DNA of 64,000 nt from Chitinophagales bacterium. GTDB lineage: Bacteria > Bacteroidota > Bacteroidia > Chitinophagales > Chitinophagaceae. Location: positions 15,934 through 79,933 of the forward strand of contig JANMIG010000014.1 of the NCBI GenBank assembly GCA_031375675.1. The letters run 5' to 3'. Positions 37,530 to 47,693 of this stretch are shown here, piece after piece (position 1 is the first letter of the stretch; every line of letters starts with the position of its first letter). The notes beneath the pieces were generated by a model, which saw nothing but the letters and a program-made list of their open reading frames with translations, did not search any database and was not told the DNA's origin. Position numbers and translations under genes: made by a program.

Positions 37530-38921
37530 ATGAGCGCAATTATAATAACAGCAATCTGGGGAGTGGTACTAATGTTTGGTGGTGTATTTATCAAAAGTAA
37601 ATCCACCCCAAAATACCTTGCAATGGCAGGAGCAGTACTGGCATTGATAGTGAATTGCATGGAACTGATGGGCAGTCCCATCTTTACATTTGATACAAGG
37701 GGGATGTTTGATTTCAAACCCTTTGGCCTGATGTTTAATAATATCGCTCTTATCTGCTCGTTGCTGTATTTTATGCTCAACGGCAGGGATATTGAAAAAG
37801 TGGGCAGTAATGTATCAGAGTACTTTGCATTGATATTTTTTGTGCTTTGCGGCGTATCTATCGCCTCCTCTTACAACACACTGCTGATGCTGTTTGTTGG
37901 TATTGAGATTATCTCTATTCCCCTGTACATTTTAACCGGCAGCGATAAGCGCAACCTCAAGAGCAATGAAGCAGCTTTGAAATATTTCCTCATGGGGGCT
38001 TTTTCAACAGGTATCATGCTCATGGGTATTGCCTTCATTTACGGTGGTAATGAGCTGGCTTCTTTTACACTGGGCAACCTCAACCTTGGTGGCGGTAAGA
38101 TGGCCCCTATGCTGGCAGTGGGTATGGTACTGCTGCTGGTGGCCATGTCTTTCAAGGTTTCTGCGGCGCCCTTCCATTTCTGGACACCCGATGTGTACGA
38201 CGGTGCTCCTGCAGTTTTCACCTCCTTCATGGCCACCATCGTTAAAGCTGCGGGCTTTATCGCCTTTATCCGCCTGTTCGAAAAATCATTCGGTACCATG
38301 CAGCCCGCATGGCAAAAACTGATTGTTATCATCACGGCTGCCACCCTGATTACCGGTAACCTTACCGCCGTATTTCAGCAGAGTGTAAAACGCATGCTGG
38401 CTTATTCCAGCATCGCCCAGGCCGGATTTATGCTTTTTGGCCTTTTTGCATTGAATGATGAAGCAAAAGATGGCATCATACTGTATAGTGCCGCTTACAG
38501 CCTGGCCACCATCGGTATTTTTGCCGTGCTGATAAAAATGAACGACTATACTGTAGACGGTTTTAACGGCCTCGCAAAAAAGCAGCCGCTGCTGGCAGTA
38601 ACTGCAACTGTTTTTTTATTGTCGCTTACCGGCATACCGCTAACAGCAGGCTTTATCAGTAAGTTTTACATGCTGATGGCAGCTGCAAAAGACGGTCATC
38701 ATATCTGGCTCATCATACTGGCGGTATTGTGTGCTGCCATCAGCGCTTATTATTATTTCAGGGTTATACAAGCCATGTTTTTTAAGGATGAAGCTGCCAA
38801 TGCACAGCAGGAATGGGACATCACTCCCGGCTTTAAGGCGTTACTGGTATTTACTGCCATCCTGATTATACTCATAGGCATTTATCCTGAAATGATACTG
38901 TACTGGTTGCACAGCCTTTAA
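37530..38921 (+). CDS. nuoN: NADH-quinone oxidoreductase subunit N
   Basis: EAALKYF, FKVSAAPFHFWTPDVY and KRMLAYSSIAQAG. Confidence 0.97.
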   Translation: MSAIIITAIWGVVLMFGGVFIKSKSTPKYLAMAGAVLALIVNCMELMGSPIFTFDTRGMFDFKPFGLMFNNIALICSLLYFMLNGRDIEKVGSNVSEYFALIFFVLCGVSIASSYNTLLMLFVGIEIISIPLYILTGSDKRNLKSNEAALKYFLMGAFSTGIMLMGIAFIYGGNELASFTLGNLNLGGGKMAPMLAVGMVLLLVAMSFKVSAAPFHFWTPDVYDGAPAVFTSFMATIVKAAGFIAFIRLFEKSFGTMQPAWQKLIVIITAATLITGNLTAVFQQSVKRMLAYSSIAQAGFMLFGLFALNDEAKDGIILYSAAYSLATIGIFAVLIKMNDYTVDGFNGLAKKQPLLAVTATVFLLSLTGIPLTAGFISKFYMLMAAAKDGHHIWLIILAVLCAAISAYYYFRVIQAMFFKDEAANAQQEWDITPGFKALLVFTAILIILIGIYPEMILYWLHSL

Positions 38922-38993
38922 CCAGATCAGCCTCCTGCAAAACTTTTCGGCCATGTATGTTATTTTGGCGCTAACTTAGTGTAACAAATTACC

Positions 38994-40271
38994 ATGGAGT
39001 TCAAGGATATACTGGCACTTTCTTACCGCACTATCAAAAGCAACAAGCTGCGTACAGGTATTACTGTAGCTATTATTGCGATGGGTATAGGTGCGCTCAT
39101 ACTCATCATCACCAGCATTGAAGCTGCCAGTAAGAGCCTTACCACCACTTTTTCCACCATGGGTGCCAATTCATTCAGCCTGCGCTTCAAAGAACGTACC
39201 ATCCGGTTTGGAGGTGGCAACAGGGATACAAAAAAAGTAAGCAAGGCTTCGCTGAAAGAAAAAAAATCAAATACCGGCAAACTGATTACTTATGATGAGG
39301 CAAGAACCTTTAAGGAAAATTATACTTTTCCTGCAGCAGTGAGCATTGCCATTGGCGGCCCCAATAATGCCGTGGTAAATACAACACAGAAAAAAACGAA
39401 CCCCGATGTAAGAGTGGTGGGTGCAGATGAAGACTACCTGCTCATTAACGGATACAAACTGGCTTTTGGGCGCAATATCTCCAAAACAGAAGTGGAAACC
39501 GGCAGAAGCGTATGTGTACTGGGCAGCGTTGTTGCCGATAAATTGTACCCCGGCAATACCAAAAAAGCGGTTGACCAGGTTATCAAGGTTAACCATAACA
39601 GCTACAGGGTGATTGGTGTACTGGAAGACAAAGGCTCCAGTGCTTTTGCCAATCCTGATAAGGTGGTCATTACTTCCTGCAATAATATCCGCAGGTTATA
39701 CGAAATACAAAACCAGTCATTTAACATCGCAGTAATGGTGAATGACCTCAAAATGATGGAAGCAGCCATTGGTGAAGCGCAGGGTACCTTCAGGCCCATA
39801 CGCAAGCTGGATGTAAAGGAGGATAATAATTTTTATGTGGACAAGAGCGACAGCATTGCAGCTAAAGTGATTACCAATCTTGGATTTTTGAAATATGCCA
39901 CCATTGCCATAGCTTTTATCACCCTTATCGGCGCTGCTATCGGCCTGATGAATATCATGCTGGTAGCAGTAAATGAGCGCACCAAAGAAGTTGGGCTAAT
40001 CAAGGCCCTGGGTGGTAAAGGCAGCGATGTGCGTGCCCAGTTCCTGTGGGAGTCTGTACTCATCAGCCTTATTGGTGCAGCAGCAGGCATTACAGCAGGG
40101 CTGGTTTTGGGAAACCTGGTGGGTATTTACCTTAAATCAGGCTTTGTATTTCCACTCGGCTGGGTGATTGCCGCCATTTTTATGTGTTCAGTAGTGGGCA
40201 TACTGGCAGGCCTCTACCCTGCTCACAAGGCAGCGAAGCTCAATCCAATTGAGGCGCTTAGGCATGAGTAA
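38994..40271 (+). CDS. MacB/FtsX-family ABC transporter permease
   Basis: N-terminal TM, periplasmic core, LMNIMLVAVNERTKEVG..KALG and YPA.KAAKLNPIEALR. Confidence 0.92.
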   Translation: MEFKDILALSYRTIKSNKLRTGITVAIIAMGIGALILIITSIEAASKSLTTTFSTMGANSFSLRFKERTIRFGGGNRDTKKVSKASLKEKKSNTGKLITYDEARTFKENYTFPAAVSIAIGGPNNAVVNTTQKKTNPDVRVVGADEDYLLINGYKLAFGRNISKTEVETGRSVCVLGSVVADKLYPGNTKKAVDQVIKVNHNSYRVIGVLEDKGSSAFANPDKVVITSCNNIRRLYEIQNQSFNIAVMVNDLKMMEAAIGEAQGTFRPIRKLDVKEDNNFYVDKSDSIAAKVITNLGFLKYATIAIAFITLIGAAIGLMNIMLVAVNERTKEVGLIKALGGKGSDVRAQFLWESVLISLIGAAAGITAGLVLGNLVGIYLKSGFVFPLGWVIAAIFMCSVVGILAGLYPAHKAAKLNPIEALRHE

Positions 40272-40303
40272 GAAATGTTTTCCGGGTTGTACCGCATTTG
40301 CTT

Positions 40304-40855
40304 CTATTCCAGTATGATATACTCTTCCTGTTCCATATTCGCATAAAATGCCGCTACATCAGTACCAAAATGCGAACAATACATTTCAAGGGTGTCAAAA
40401 TCAAATGTAATACCAGTTTCTTCGGGGTCATCCGGCAAAAGCGGGTCCTGTTCAAAAGGATATTTTTCTCCATCATCGGTCAATACCAATCCATCACAAG
40501 CCAGCACATCAATCTCTCTGCGCAATGCTCCATTGTTATACTGAAGAAAATAATAAGCATCCGACGTGGTTTGCCCCATCAGTTGTATGAAGGTTGTGTG
40601 CATGCTGCGTGAAATAAATTCACCCCAAAAATGCAGCTTCCCAAAGTTGTTGTAAAGCACATGTATCCAGCCATTCTCCGGCTTACTGATCAGCAGCCAA
40701 TCGGGTTGGGCATCGGTGCTGTTACTGATGCGTTCATAATATTCAGCCGTTAAGTGTCCGCTGTCTTTTTGTGTAAGCCCCGACAGTTCACTCAGCAGTA
40801 CACACAGGTTTTGCCTGTCGCTTGTTTTAACATGAAAACTTAAAAAGGTACTCAT
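40304..40855 (-). CDS. Hypothetical acidic protein
   Basis: 183-aa ORF filling the gap between the permease and the RidA gene; no family recognised. Confidence 0.7.
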   Translation of the reverse strand: MSTFLSFHVKTSDRQNLCVLLSELSGLTQKDSGHLTAEYYERISNSTDAQPDWLLISKPENGWIHVLYNNFGKLHFWGEFISRSMHTTFIQLMGQTTSDAYYFLQYNNGALRREIDVLACDGLVLTDDGEKYPFEQDPLLPDDPEETGITFDFDTLEMYCSHFGTDVAAFYANMEQEEYIILE

Positions 40856-40896
40856 CCTGTTTACATCTATTTGCAGCCCGGTAAATGTTTTTCCTT

Positions 40897-41256
40897 TTAC
40901 ACAGCAGCTACAATCATTATCTCAATCAAATATTCATCCCGGGCAAGCTTTGCGCCAACGGTGGCCCTTGCAGGTGTTTGCCCCGGCACCACCCAATTAT
41001 CCCACAACGCATTCATCCTGCTGAAATAACCAATATCCGGCAGGTAAATCACCGCCGACAGCATTTTAGTCTTATCACTGCCCAATTCAGCCAGCAGGTT
41101 GTCAATCTTATCCAGCACTTCCTTCATTTGGACTTCAAAATCACCGGTAAGATTATCGGGAACAAGGCCTGAGAAATAAGCAGTTCCATTGTGTACCACC
41201 ACACGTGACATGCGGTCGCCGGGCAATATTCGTTTTATTGATTCATTTGCAGACAT
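40897..41256 (-). CDS. RidA/YjgF/UK114 family protein (YoaB-like)
   Basis: RMSRVVVHNGTAYFSG, MNALWDNW...PARATV.A.L and IEIMIVAA. Start moved to MSAN. Confidence 0.9.
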   Translation of the reverse strand: MSANESIKRILPGDRMSRVVVHNGTAYFSGLVPDNLTGDFEVQMKEVLDKIDNLLAELGSDKTKMLSAVIYLPDIGYFSRMNALWDNWVVPGQTPARATVGAKLARDEYLIEIMIVAAV

Positions 41257-41407
41257 CCGTTGATATTTTTTTGTAAATGAAGATACAAAATACCGGACAA
41301 TAAACACCGCTTTTAACAGCAGCCGGATGATTGTCCGGATGCATTCCGGCGGTCTTTATTACAGCCACATCACATACCGGCATAACAATAAATTAATTTT
41401 TAAATTA

Positions 41408-41438
41408 TTTGCTTTTTTATTTTTATTATATATATTTA
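41408..41438 (+). promoter_or_regulatory. Candidate -33/-7 promoter for the fibre-gene array
   Basis: TTTG (41408-41411), a 19-nt spacer, then TATATTTA (41431-41438; one mismatch to TAnnTTTG). Confidence 0.45.
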
Positions 41439-41730
41439 CACAAGCATACCAGTGAGGGCAAACCGGATTAACTGTGAAGAATTTTACCCAAAATCAGCCA
41501 TCATATATTAACATCAATAACTGCTTTTGAATCAGGAGGCCCAGGAAGAAATACGCAGTAATTGGCAAAAATCTAAACTTTTCAATTTTGAGAAGCATGC
41601 ATTTTTTTGCCTGAATTAATATACCATTTATTTATCCTTAACCAGCTTACCCCTGTATGCCGGTATACCAGCCAAACGCCTTTTGCCGAAAAGCGATATG
41701 AGTAGGCATTAATAACTAAACTATTACAAC

Positions 41731-42615
41731 ATGAAACATGTACTGTTAACAACAGTGACTGTGCTCTGCTTACATGCAGTTGCTTCAGCACAATTCGTAC
41801 AGGGCACCCAGGCCCTTTTCTCAAGAGATCAGGCAGGTGAATGCTGCTCCGGTGGCAATTATACATTGGCACTGGCAGAAAATACCGTGGGTACCGGAAG
41901 AAAAGCCGGCATCTCATTTCACAACGCAGGCTTTGACGAAGGCAAGCTGGAACTCTCCAGGGACGCAGGTTTCAGAAGTATCAAATTTTTTGACAACCAG
42001 GGGCTGGGGCTGGGCATACATGTTGTGGGCCAGGCATTGTTCTCCAGGGATAATGCCGGAGAGTGCTGCTCAGGTGTGGCCCAGTTTACTGTAGCACTGG
42101 CAGAAAATACTGCTGCAAGCGGCAGAAGGGCTTCCATTTCTTTTCACAACGGCGGGCAGGATGAAGGCCGTATAGAATTGTCGAATGATGGCGGATTCCG
42201 CAATCTGAAGTTTGTTGACAACCAGTCGCAAAACCTGGGCCTTAATGTAACAGGTAAAGTGCTTATTGGTAATACCACCATGCCGGCAGGATATAAACTA
42301 TATGTAGAGCAGGGCATCCTTACCGAAAAAGTAAAAGTAGCATTAAAAACAAGCGCTAACTGGGCCGACCATGTATTTGCACCCGGCTACAAACTGAAAC
42401 CATTATCTGAAGTGGAGACATTCATCCAACAATACAGTCATCTCCCCGGCATTCCTTCTGCTGAAGCGTTGGTAAAAGAAGGTGGCATTGACATGAACCA
42501 GATGTTTGCCAGGCAAATGGAAAAGATTGAAGAGCTCACATTGTATATGATTGAACTGAACAAAGAGAATGAACAACTGAAAAAAGAAGTGCAGGCACTG
42601 AAAAAGCGGCGCTGA
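41731..42615 (+). CDS. Secreted tail-fibre-like protein 1 (C-terminal chaperone/S74-like domain)
   Basis: Signal peptide, two 74-aa repeats (QALFSRD.AGECCSG...), then YKLYVEQGILTEKVKV...WADHVF...HLPGIPSA...KIEELTLY and a coiled coil. Confidence 0.75.
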   Translation: MKHVLLTTVTVLCLHAVASAQFVQGTQALFSRDQAGECCSGGNYTLALAENTVGTGRKAGISFHNAGFDEGKLELSRDAGFRSIKFFDNQGLGLGIHVVGQALFSRDNAGECCSGVAQFTVALAENTAASGRRASISFHNGGQDEGRIELSNDGGFRNLKFVDNQSQNLGLNVTGKVLIGNTTMPAGYKLYVEQGILTEKVKVALKTSANWADHVFAPGYKLKPLSEVETFIQQYSHLPGIPSAEALVKEGGIDMNQMFARQMEKIEELTLYMIELNKENEQLKKEVQALKKRR

Positions 42616-42688
42616 AATATAACTGCTGAAGCAGTAAAGCAGTCAGCGGCTAATCGATTGCATCAGAATCAATTAAAAAACTAAAATA

Positions 42689-43651
42689 ATGAAGAAATTT
42701 TTTATTCCGGCTTGCTTACTGGTATTGGGTACAGGTAGTAAGGCGCAGCTTTTTTCTAGCGGTAATAATGTAATCAGCAGTACCAATGTGGGTATTGGCA
42801 CGGCTGCACCCAATGCCAAATTGCAGGTGTTTGGTGGAGGCAGTGGTAGTGTAGACCTGAGAATAAACGGACGCATAGCCACAGGTGATGCAGGCGGATA
42901 CGGTGGTGTATGGCTGAATGGAGAAGGCAACGATTGCTTTGTAGGCAATAATGGCACCAATGTAGGGTTCTGGACAGGCAGCCAGGGTTGGGCTGCTTTC
43001 CAGATTAACAAAACAACGGGCAATACAGGTATCGGCACAGGTTCACCAGCGTCAAAGCTGGATGTTTTTGGTGGCGGTGGCGGCAATGTTGATATCCGCA
43101 CCAATGGCCGTATACTTACCGGTGATGCTTCCGGCAACGGCGGCATATGGCTGAATGGCAACAGCAACGACTGCTTTGTGGGCAATAACGGAACCAATGT
43201 TTCCTTCTGGACAAGCTCAGTTGGATGGTCGGCTTTGCAGATAGAAAAAACCACCGGCAAAGTAATGATTGGTAACGTTACCTCTCCCAATGGCTACAAG
43301 CTTTTTGTAGAACAGGGCATACTTACCGAAAAAGTGAAGGTAGCCGTTAAAACTTCTGCCAACTGGGCCGACTATGTATTTGACAAAAAATATGAGCTGC
43401 CTGCCCTTAAGCAGGTAGAGCAGTACATTCAGCAGCACCAGCACCTTCCGGGCATACCAGCGGCCGGCGAAGTGGTGAAAGAAGGGCTTGACCTGGGAGA
43501 CATGGATGCCAGGTTGCTGGCCAAAATAGAAGAACTCACCCTGTACATCATCGCCATAGATAAAGAAGCTGCACTGCAAAAACAACGCAACGATGCCATG
43601 CAGAAAGAAATAGCCGGGTTAAGGCTCCAATTAAAACAAATCAATCACTAA
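42689..43651 (+). CDS. Secreted tail-fibre-like protein 2
   Basis: Signal peptide, two 79-aa repeats starting N.GIGT..P..KL.V, and the same C-terminal domain (WADYVF). Confidence 0.75.
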   Translation: MKKFFIPACLLVLGTGSKAQLFSSGNNVISSTNVGIGTAAPNAKLQVFGGGSGSVDLRINGRIATGDAGGYGGVWLNGEGNDCFVGNNGTNVGFWTGSQGWAAFQINKTTGNTGIGTGSPASKLDVFGGGGGNVDIRTNGRILTGDASGNGGIWLNGNSNDCFVGNNGTNVSFWTSSVGWSALQIEKTTGKVMIGNVTSPNGYKLFVEQGILTEKVKVAVKTSANWADYVFDKKYELPALKQVEQYIQQHQHLPGIPAAGEVVKEGLDLGDMDARLLAKIEELTLYIIAIDKEAALQKQRNDAMQKEIAGLRLQLKQINH

Positions 43652-43705
43652 GCATCTCATCACCAGCATTTATGGCTGCATCCATAAATGCACAAAACAC
43701 ATACA

Positions 43706-44539
43706 ATGAAAAAAATCATTTTTACAAGCCTGGCCTGCCTGGGCATTTCAGCAGTACTAAGTGCACAAACCAACAATTTCCCCAATGGAATTTATGTAAA
43801 CAAGGGAAACAGTGCCGGTGGCTCGGCAATACTTGTGGGTTCTACCTATGCCAGTCATTTTCATTACTCCACAGAAGAAGATACCTATATCCGTGGCGGC
43901 TTAGGCACATCAAGGGTAATAATAGGCGATGTTGGATCATCCGTTATACTGGGTAATGCAGGAAGCCCCACCATTTCGCAGGGATTGCTGCAGGCACAAA
44001 ACGGGCTGGTGGGTGTAAAAGGAAATTCATCCGGGGGATCCGCCATTTTTGTTGGCTCCACCTATGCCTCTCACTTCAACTTTTCCACTACAGAAGACAC
44101 GTATATCAGGGGCGGAAAAGCCACGTCCAATTTAATCCTGAGCGATGTTGGTAATGCCGTTGTTGTAGGCAATGTGCCTTCGCTGCCGGCCGGGTATAAA
44201 TTATTTGTAGAGCGTGGCATACTAACCGAAAAAGTAAAAGTAGCGCTGAGAGGTACTGCCAACTGGAGTGACTATGTATTTGATAAAAAGTACAAACTGC
44301 AGCCGCTTGCACAGGTGGAAAAATTTATTCTGAAAAACAAGCATCTTCCCGGCATACCATCCGCACAGCAACTGGTTGATGAAGGCGGTGTGGATGTAAG
44401 CGCAATGCTGGCAAAGCAGATGGAAAAAATAGAAGAACTCACTTTGCACCTGATTGCCATGAATAAACAACTCACTGAATTGCAGCAGGAAAACAAAATG
44501 CAGCAGCAGGAGATACAAACTTTAAAAAAGAAAAAATAA
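43706..44539 (+). CDS. Secreted tail-fibre-like protein 3
   Basis: Start MKKII, two repeats at 72-aa spacing (KGNS.GGSAI.VGSTYASHF..ST.EDTYIRGG), and the same C-terminal domain (WSDYVF). Confidence 0.75.
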   Translation: MKKIIFTSLACLGISAVLSAQTNNFPNGIYVNKGNSAGGSAILVGSTYASHFHYSTEEDTYIRGGLGTSRVIIGDVGSSVILGNAGSPTISQGLLQAQNGLVGVKGNSSGGSAIFVGSTYASHFNFSTTEDTYIRGGKATSNLILSDVGNAVVVGNVPSLPAGYKLFVERGILTEKVKVALRGTANWSDYVFDKKYKLQPLAQVEKFILKNKHLPGIPSAQQLVDEGGVDVSAMLAKQMEKIEELTLHLIAMNKQLTELQQENKMQQQEIQTLKKKK

Positions 44540-44591
44540 TAAGCATGGGCTGCCATATGCTTATGCATTTAACTAGCTAAAAACATACAAC

Positions 44592-45557
44592 ATGAAAAAA
44601 ATAATTACCCCGCCGTTGCTGCTGCTGTGCATCCTCGGCGCAGGTTTAACCAATGCACAGCAATTGGTTTCTTCAATTGCTACAAATGAGGGGGGAAGTG
44701 TGTCATTACAAAACCCGTTAAAAACACATCCCAATGCCAATAACTGGATCATTTATAATATGACGGGGGCGTATGGCAACAGTTTGCAATTCTGGGCATA
44801 TACCAACACAACCAACCTGGGGCCAAAACTAACCATTACCGATGCCGGAAATATGGGAGTAGGCACCCAAACGCCTGTGGCAAAACTGGATGTGAATGGC
44901 AGCCTGAATGTGAATGGAGTGGCCAATGCAAGCAGCTATATTTCGTCAACTATTTCCAGCAGTGAAGGTGGCGGATTTGGGTTAATCAATCCGCTGAAGA
45001 CGGCACCGGATGCTGCCAGCCTGTGGCGGATCTATAATATGACCAGCGCATATGGCAGCAACAGCCTGCAATTCTGGGCATACAGCAATACCACTAACCT
45101 CGGCTCAAAACTCACCATTACTGATGCAGGCAATATGGGTATTGGCATTGCTGCCCCTGCGGCTAAGCTGGATGTGGCCGGAAATGTACGCATCGGTTCA
45201 GTAACAATGCCGGCCGGCTACAGGCTTTATGTAGAGCAGGGTATTCTTACCGAAAAAGTAAAAGTGGCCATTAAAACAAGTGCCAACTGGGCTGATCATG
45301 TATTTGCACCGGGCTATCAATTAAAGGCTTTGCATGAAGTGGAAGCATTTATAAAAGATAAGCAGCATCTACCGGGCATCCCCTCAGCAGAGCAACTGGT
45401 GCAGGATGGCGGTATTGACATGACTATGATGTTTGCAAAGCAGATGGAAAAAATTGAAGAGCTCACCCTGTATCTCATAGAAATGAAAAAAGAAATAAAG
45501 CAGTTGCAGCATGAAAACAGCCTGTTAAAGACAAATAATTTACAACCAAAAAAATAA
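44592..45557 (+). CDS. Secreted tail-fibre-like protein 4
   Basis: Signal peptide, two repeats at 92-aa spacing (EGG...NPLKT.P.A..W.IYNMT.AYG.SLQFWAY), and the same C-terminal domain. Confidence 0.75.
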   Translation: MKKIITPPLLLLCILGAGLTNAQQLVSSIATNEGGSVSLQNPLKTHPNANNWIIYNMTGAYGNSLQFWAYTNTTNLGPKLTITDAGNMGVGTQTPVAKLDVNGSLNVNGVANASSYISSTISSSEGGGFGLINPLKTAPDAASLWRIYNMTSAYGSNSLQFWAYSNTTNLGSKLTITDAGNMGIGIAAPAAKLDVAGNVRIGSVTMPAGYRLYVEQGILTEKVKVAIKTSANWADHVFAPGYQLKALHEVEAFIKDKQHLPGIPSAEQLVQDGGIDMTMMFAKQMEKIEELTLYLIEMKKEIKQLQHENSLLKTNNLQPKK

Positions 45558-45565
45558 TTACAGTT

Positions 45566-47620
45566 ATGAAAAAAATAATAACCATCATATGCACCGGCCT
45601 GCTTTTTAGCACAGCCGCCCACAGCCAGGAAGTGCAAACCTTCCGCTATGCTGAAACCAAAGGTATCCTGGCCAAGCCTTCTCCCGGCGAAATAAGCGCA
45701 GAGAAAAGAACTGGCGAAAAACTGTCAGAACACAAGCTGCCTGAATTTAAAGGGAAGGTGCCCGCAGGTATCACTGTATACAAAACTGCTTATGCTGAAA
45801 ATCTAAAACCAGTTGAAGCGGGTATTGTGCCGGATGCTCCTGCTTCCTGCCTCAATTACCAGGGATTAAATGACAGTGAAACAGGCGTAGGACTGACACC
45901 GCCTGATGTGAATGGCTCTGTAGGACCTGCCAATGTACTCGTATCCATCAACAATGGTATCAAAATACAAAACCTGGCCAATGGGGCCAACCAGTTCACA
46001 GGTTCGCTGGCCACTTTTTTCGCACCGCTCAGTCCTGTATTTCCGTTTGACCCCAAAACATTGTATGACCCCTATGAAAACAGGTGGATTGTAACCTGCC
46101 CCGATGCTACCAATGCATCACAGTCACGTTTACTGCTGGCAGTATCACAAACAGCCAACCCGAATGGTGCCTGGTTTTTTTATGCAATAGATGTGGATCC
46201 TGCCAACACCTCCTGGTTTGATTATCCAAGCATCGGCTTTAACCGCAACTGGATTGTGATTACTGGAAACATGTTTGGTGCCGGTGTATACAGTGCCGTA
46301 TTTGCCATTAATAAACTGGCAGCTTACGGCGGCACGGCCAATGTTACCAGGTTTGCACTTGCCAGCTCACTTGGCTTTACACTACAGCCAGCGCTTACTT
46401 ATAACAACACTGAAAATACAGAGTGGCTCTGCAACGACTGGAACGGTAATTCCGGCGGCAATGGTTTTATCCGCCTGTTTAATATTACCGGCACACCTGC
46501 AGCTCCTGTTTTTAATACACCCAACCTGCTTCCATCTGTAAATACAACATGGAGCTCTGCCGACCAGAACATCAGCACATTTGGCTGTGCCAGTGTGCGT
46601 GCCATCGATGCCAGGATGCGCTCATTGGTTCTTCAGGGTGGCAGCCTGTGGGCAGTTCATAAAATCGGTTTACCAACGGCAGCTCCTACCAGGGCTTCCA
46701 GCCAGTGGTGGGAAATAAACCCCGCCACAGGTGCTGTAAACCAGTTTGGCCGTATTGATGATGCCACCGGTGCAAATATGTACTTCAACCCCTCCCTTTC
46801 AGTGAATGCCAACAGGGATGTGCTCATCGGCTTCTCTCATTTTTCAAATACAGCTTTTCCAAGGGCAAGCTATACATACAGGGCCGCCACCGACCCGCTG
46901 AATACATTACAGCCGATACTTGACTATCAAACCAGCAGCAGGATGGAATGCACAGGCCGCTGGGGCGATTACAGCAGCACCATTACTGACCCCAATGGCG
47001 TTAACATGTGGACGCTGCAGCAGTATGTGCCTGCAGGAACGGGATCCGGTACCTGGTGGTCAATGGTATGCCCACCTGTCAGCTGCCCGGCCACACTTAC
47101 CATCAGTACGCCTTCAGCCACAGCCAATACCAAATTTGAAGTATCAGTGAACATCGTTGGTACGTCAACTGTAAATCCACCAAGCGGCTTTGTAAAGTTT
47201 GATGCAGGCCAGGAAGTGCTGATGAGCCCCGGCTTTGAAACCAGCATTGCCGCCGGCGCAGAATTTTCAGCTTACATTGATGGCTGCGGTGGTTTGCGTA
47301 TAGCCAATAACGAAATAACAAGGACGGAACCGGTAGAAATAACAACGACTACCAGGGAAGCATCCGTAATTGATGAAACAGCGGCAGCATTCAGTGTTTA
47401 TCCCAATCCTGCTGAAAATGTACTGAATATAAGCCTGCCTTCAAAAGCAGAAAGAATTGTAAGCGTGGAAGTGTTTGATGCGCAGGGAAGAAAAATGAAG
47501 CTGGGCTCCCGGTTAATCAGCCAGTCTGCAGCAGATATCAGCAGACTGCCAAAGGGCAGCTATTTCATTAAAGTACGCACCGCAAACGGCGAATATCAGT
47601 CAAAGTTCATAAAAGAATAA
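45566..47620 (+). CDS. T9SS type A cargo protein of unknown function
   Basis: Signal peptide; PPD..GSVGP, FDPK.LYD, WFDYPSIG and RWGDYSS motifs; a DAGQEVLMSPGF...GAEFSAYI.GC module; CTD FSVYPNPA...GSYFIKV...KFIKE. Confidence 0.85.
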   Translation: MKKIITIICTGLLFSTAAHSQEVQTFRYAETKGILAKPSPGEISAEKRTGEKLSEHKLPEFKGKVPAGITVYKTAYAENLKPVEAGIVPDAPASCLNYQGLNDSETGVGLTPPDVNGSVGPANVLVSINNGIKIQNLANGANQFTGSLATFFAPLSPVFPFDPKTLYDPYENRWIVTCPDATNASQSRLLLAVSQTANPNGAWFFYAIDVDPANTSWFDYPSIGFNRNWIVITGNMFGAGVYSAVFAINKLAAYGGTANVTRFALASSLGFTLQPALTYNNTENTEWLCNDWNGNSGGNGFIRLFNITGTPAAPVFNTPNLLPSVNTTWSSADQNISTFGCASVRAIDARMRSLVLQGGSLWAVHKIGLPTAAPTRASSQWWEINPATGAVNQFGRIDDATGANMYFNPSLSVNANRDVLIGFSHFSNTAFPRASYTYRAATDPLNTLQPILDYQTSSRMECTGRWGDYSSTITDPNGVNMWTLQQYVPAGTGSGTWWSMVCPPVSCPATLTISTPSATANTKFEVSVNIVGTSTVNPPSGFVKFDAGQEVLMSPGFETSIAAGAEFSAYIDGCGGLRIANNEITRTEPVEITTTTREASVIDETAAAFSVYPNPAENVLNISLPSKAERIVSVEVFDAQGRKMKLGSRLISQSAADISRLPKGSYFIKVRTANGEYQSKFIKE

Positions 47621-47693
47621 ATATTAGCAGCAGCTTGTATGTTTCCCGGGCAAAACATACAAGCTGCTTTATCCTCATTTTTAAAATAATTAC

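Noticed and set aside
36944-37780. 278-aa minus-strand ORF and other long antisense ORFs over nuo, pnt, hisS and rlmN
   Set aside because: Shadow frames of well-supported conserved genes.
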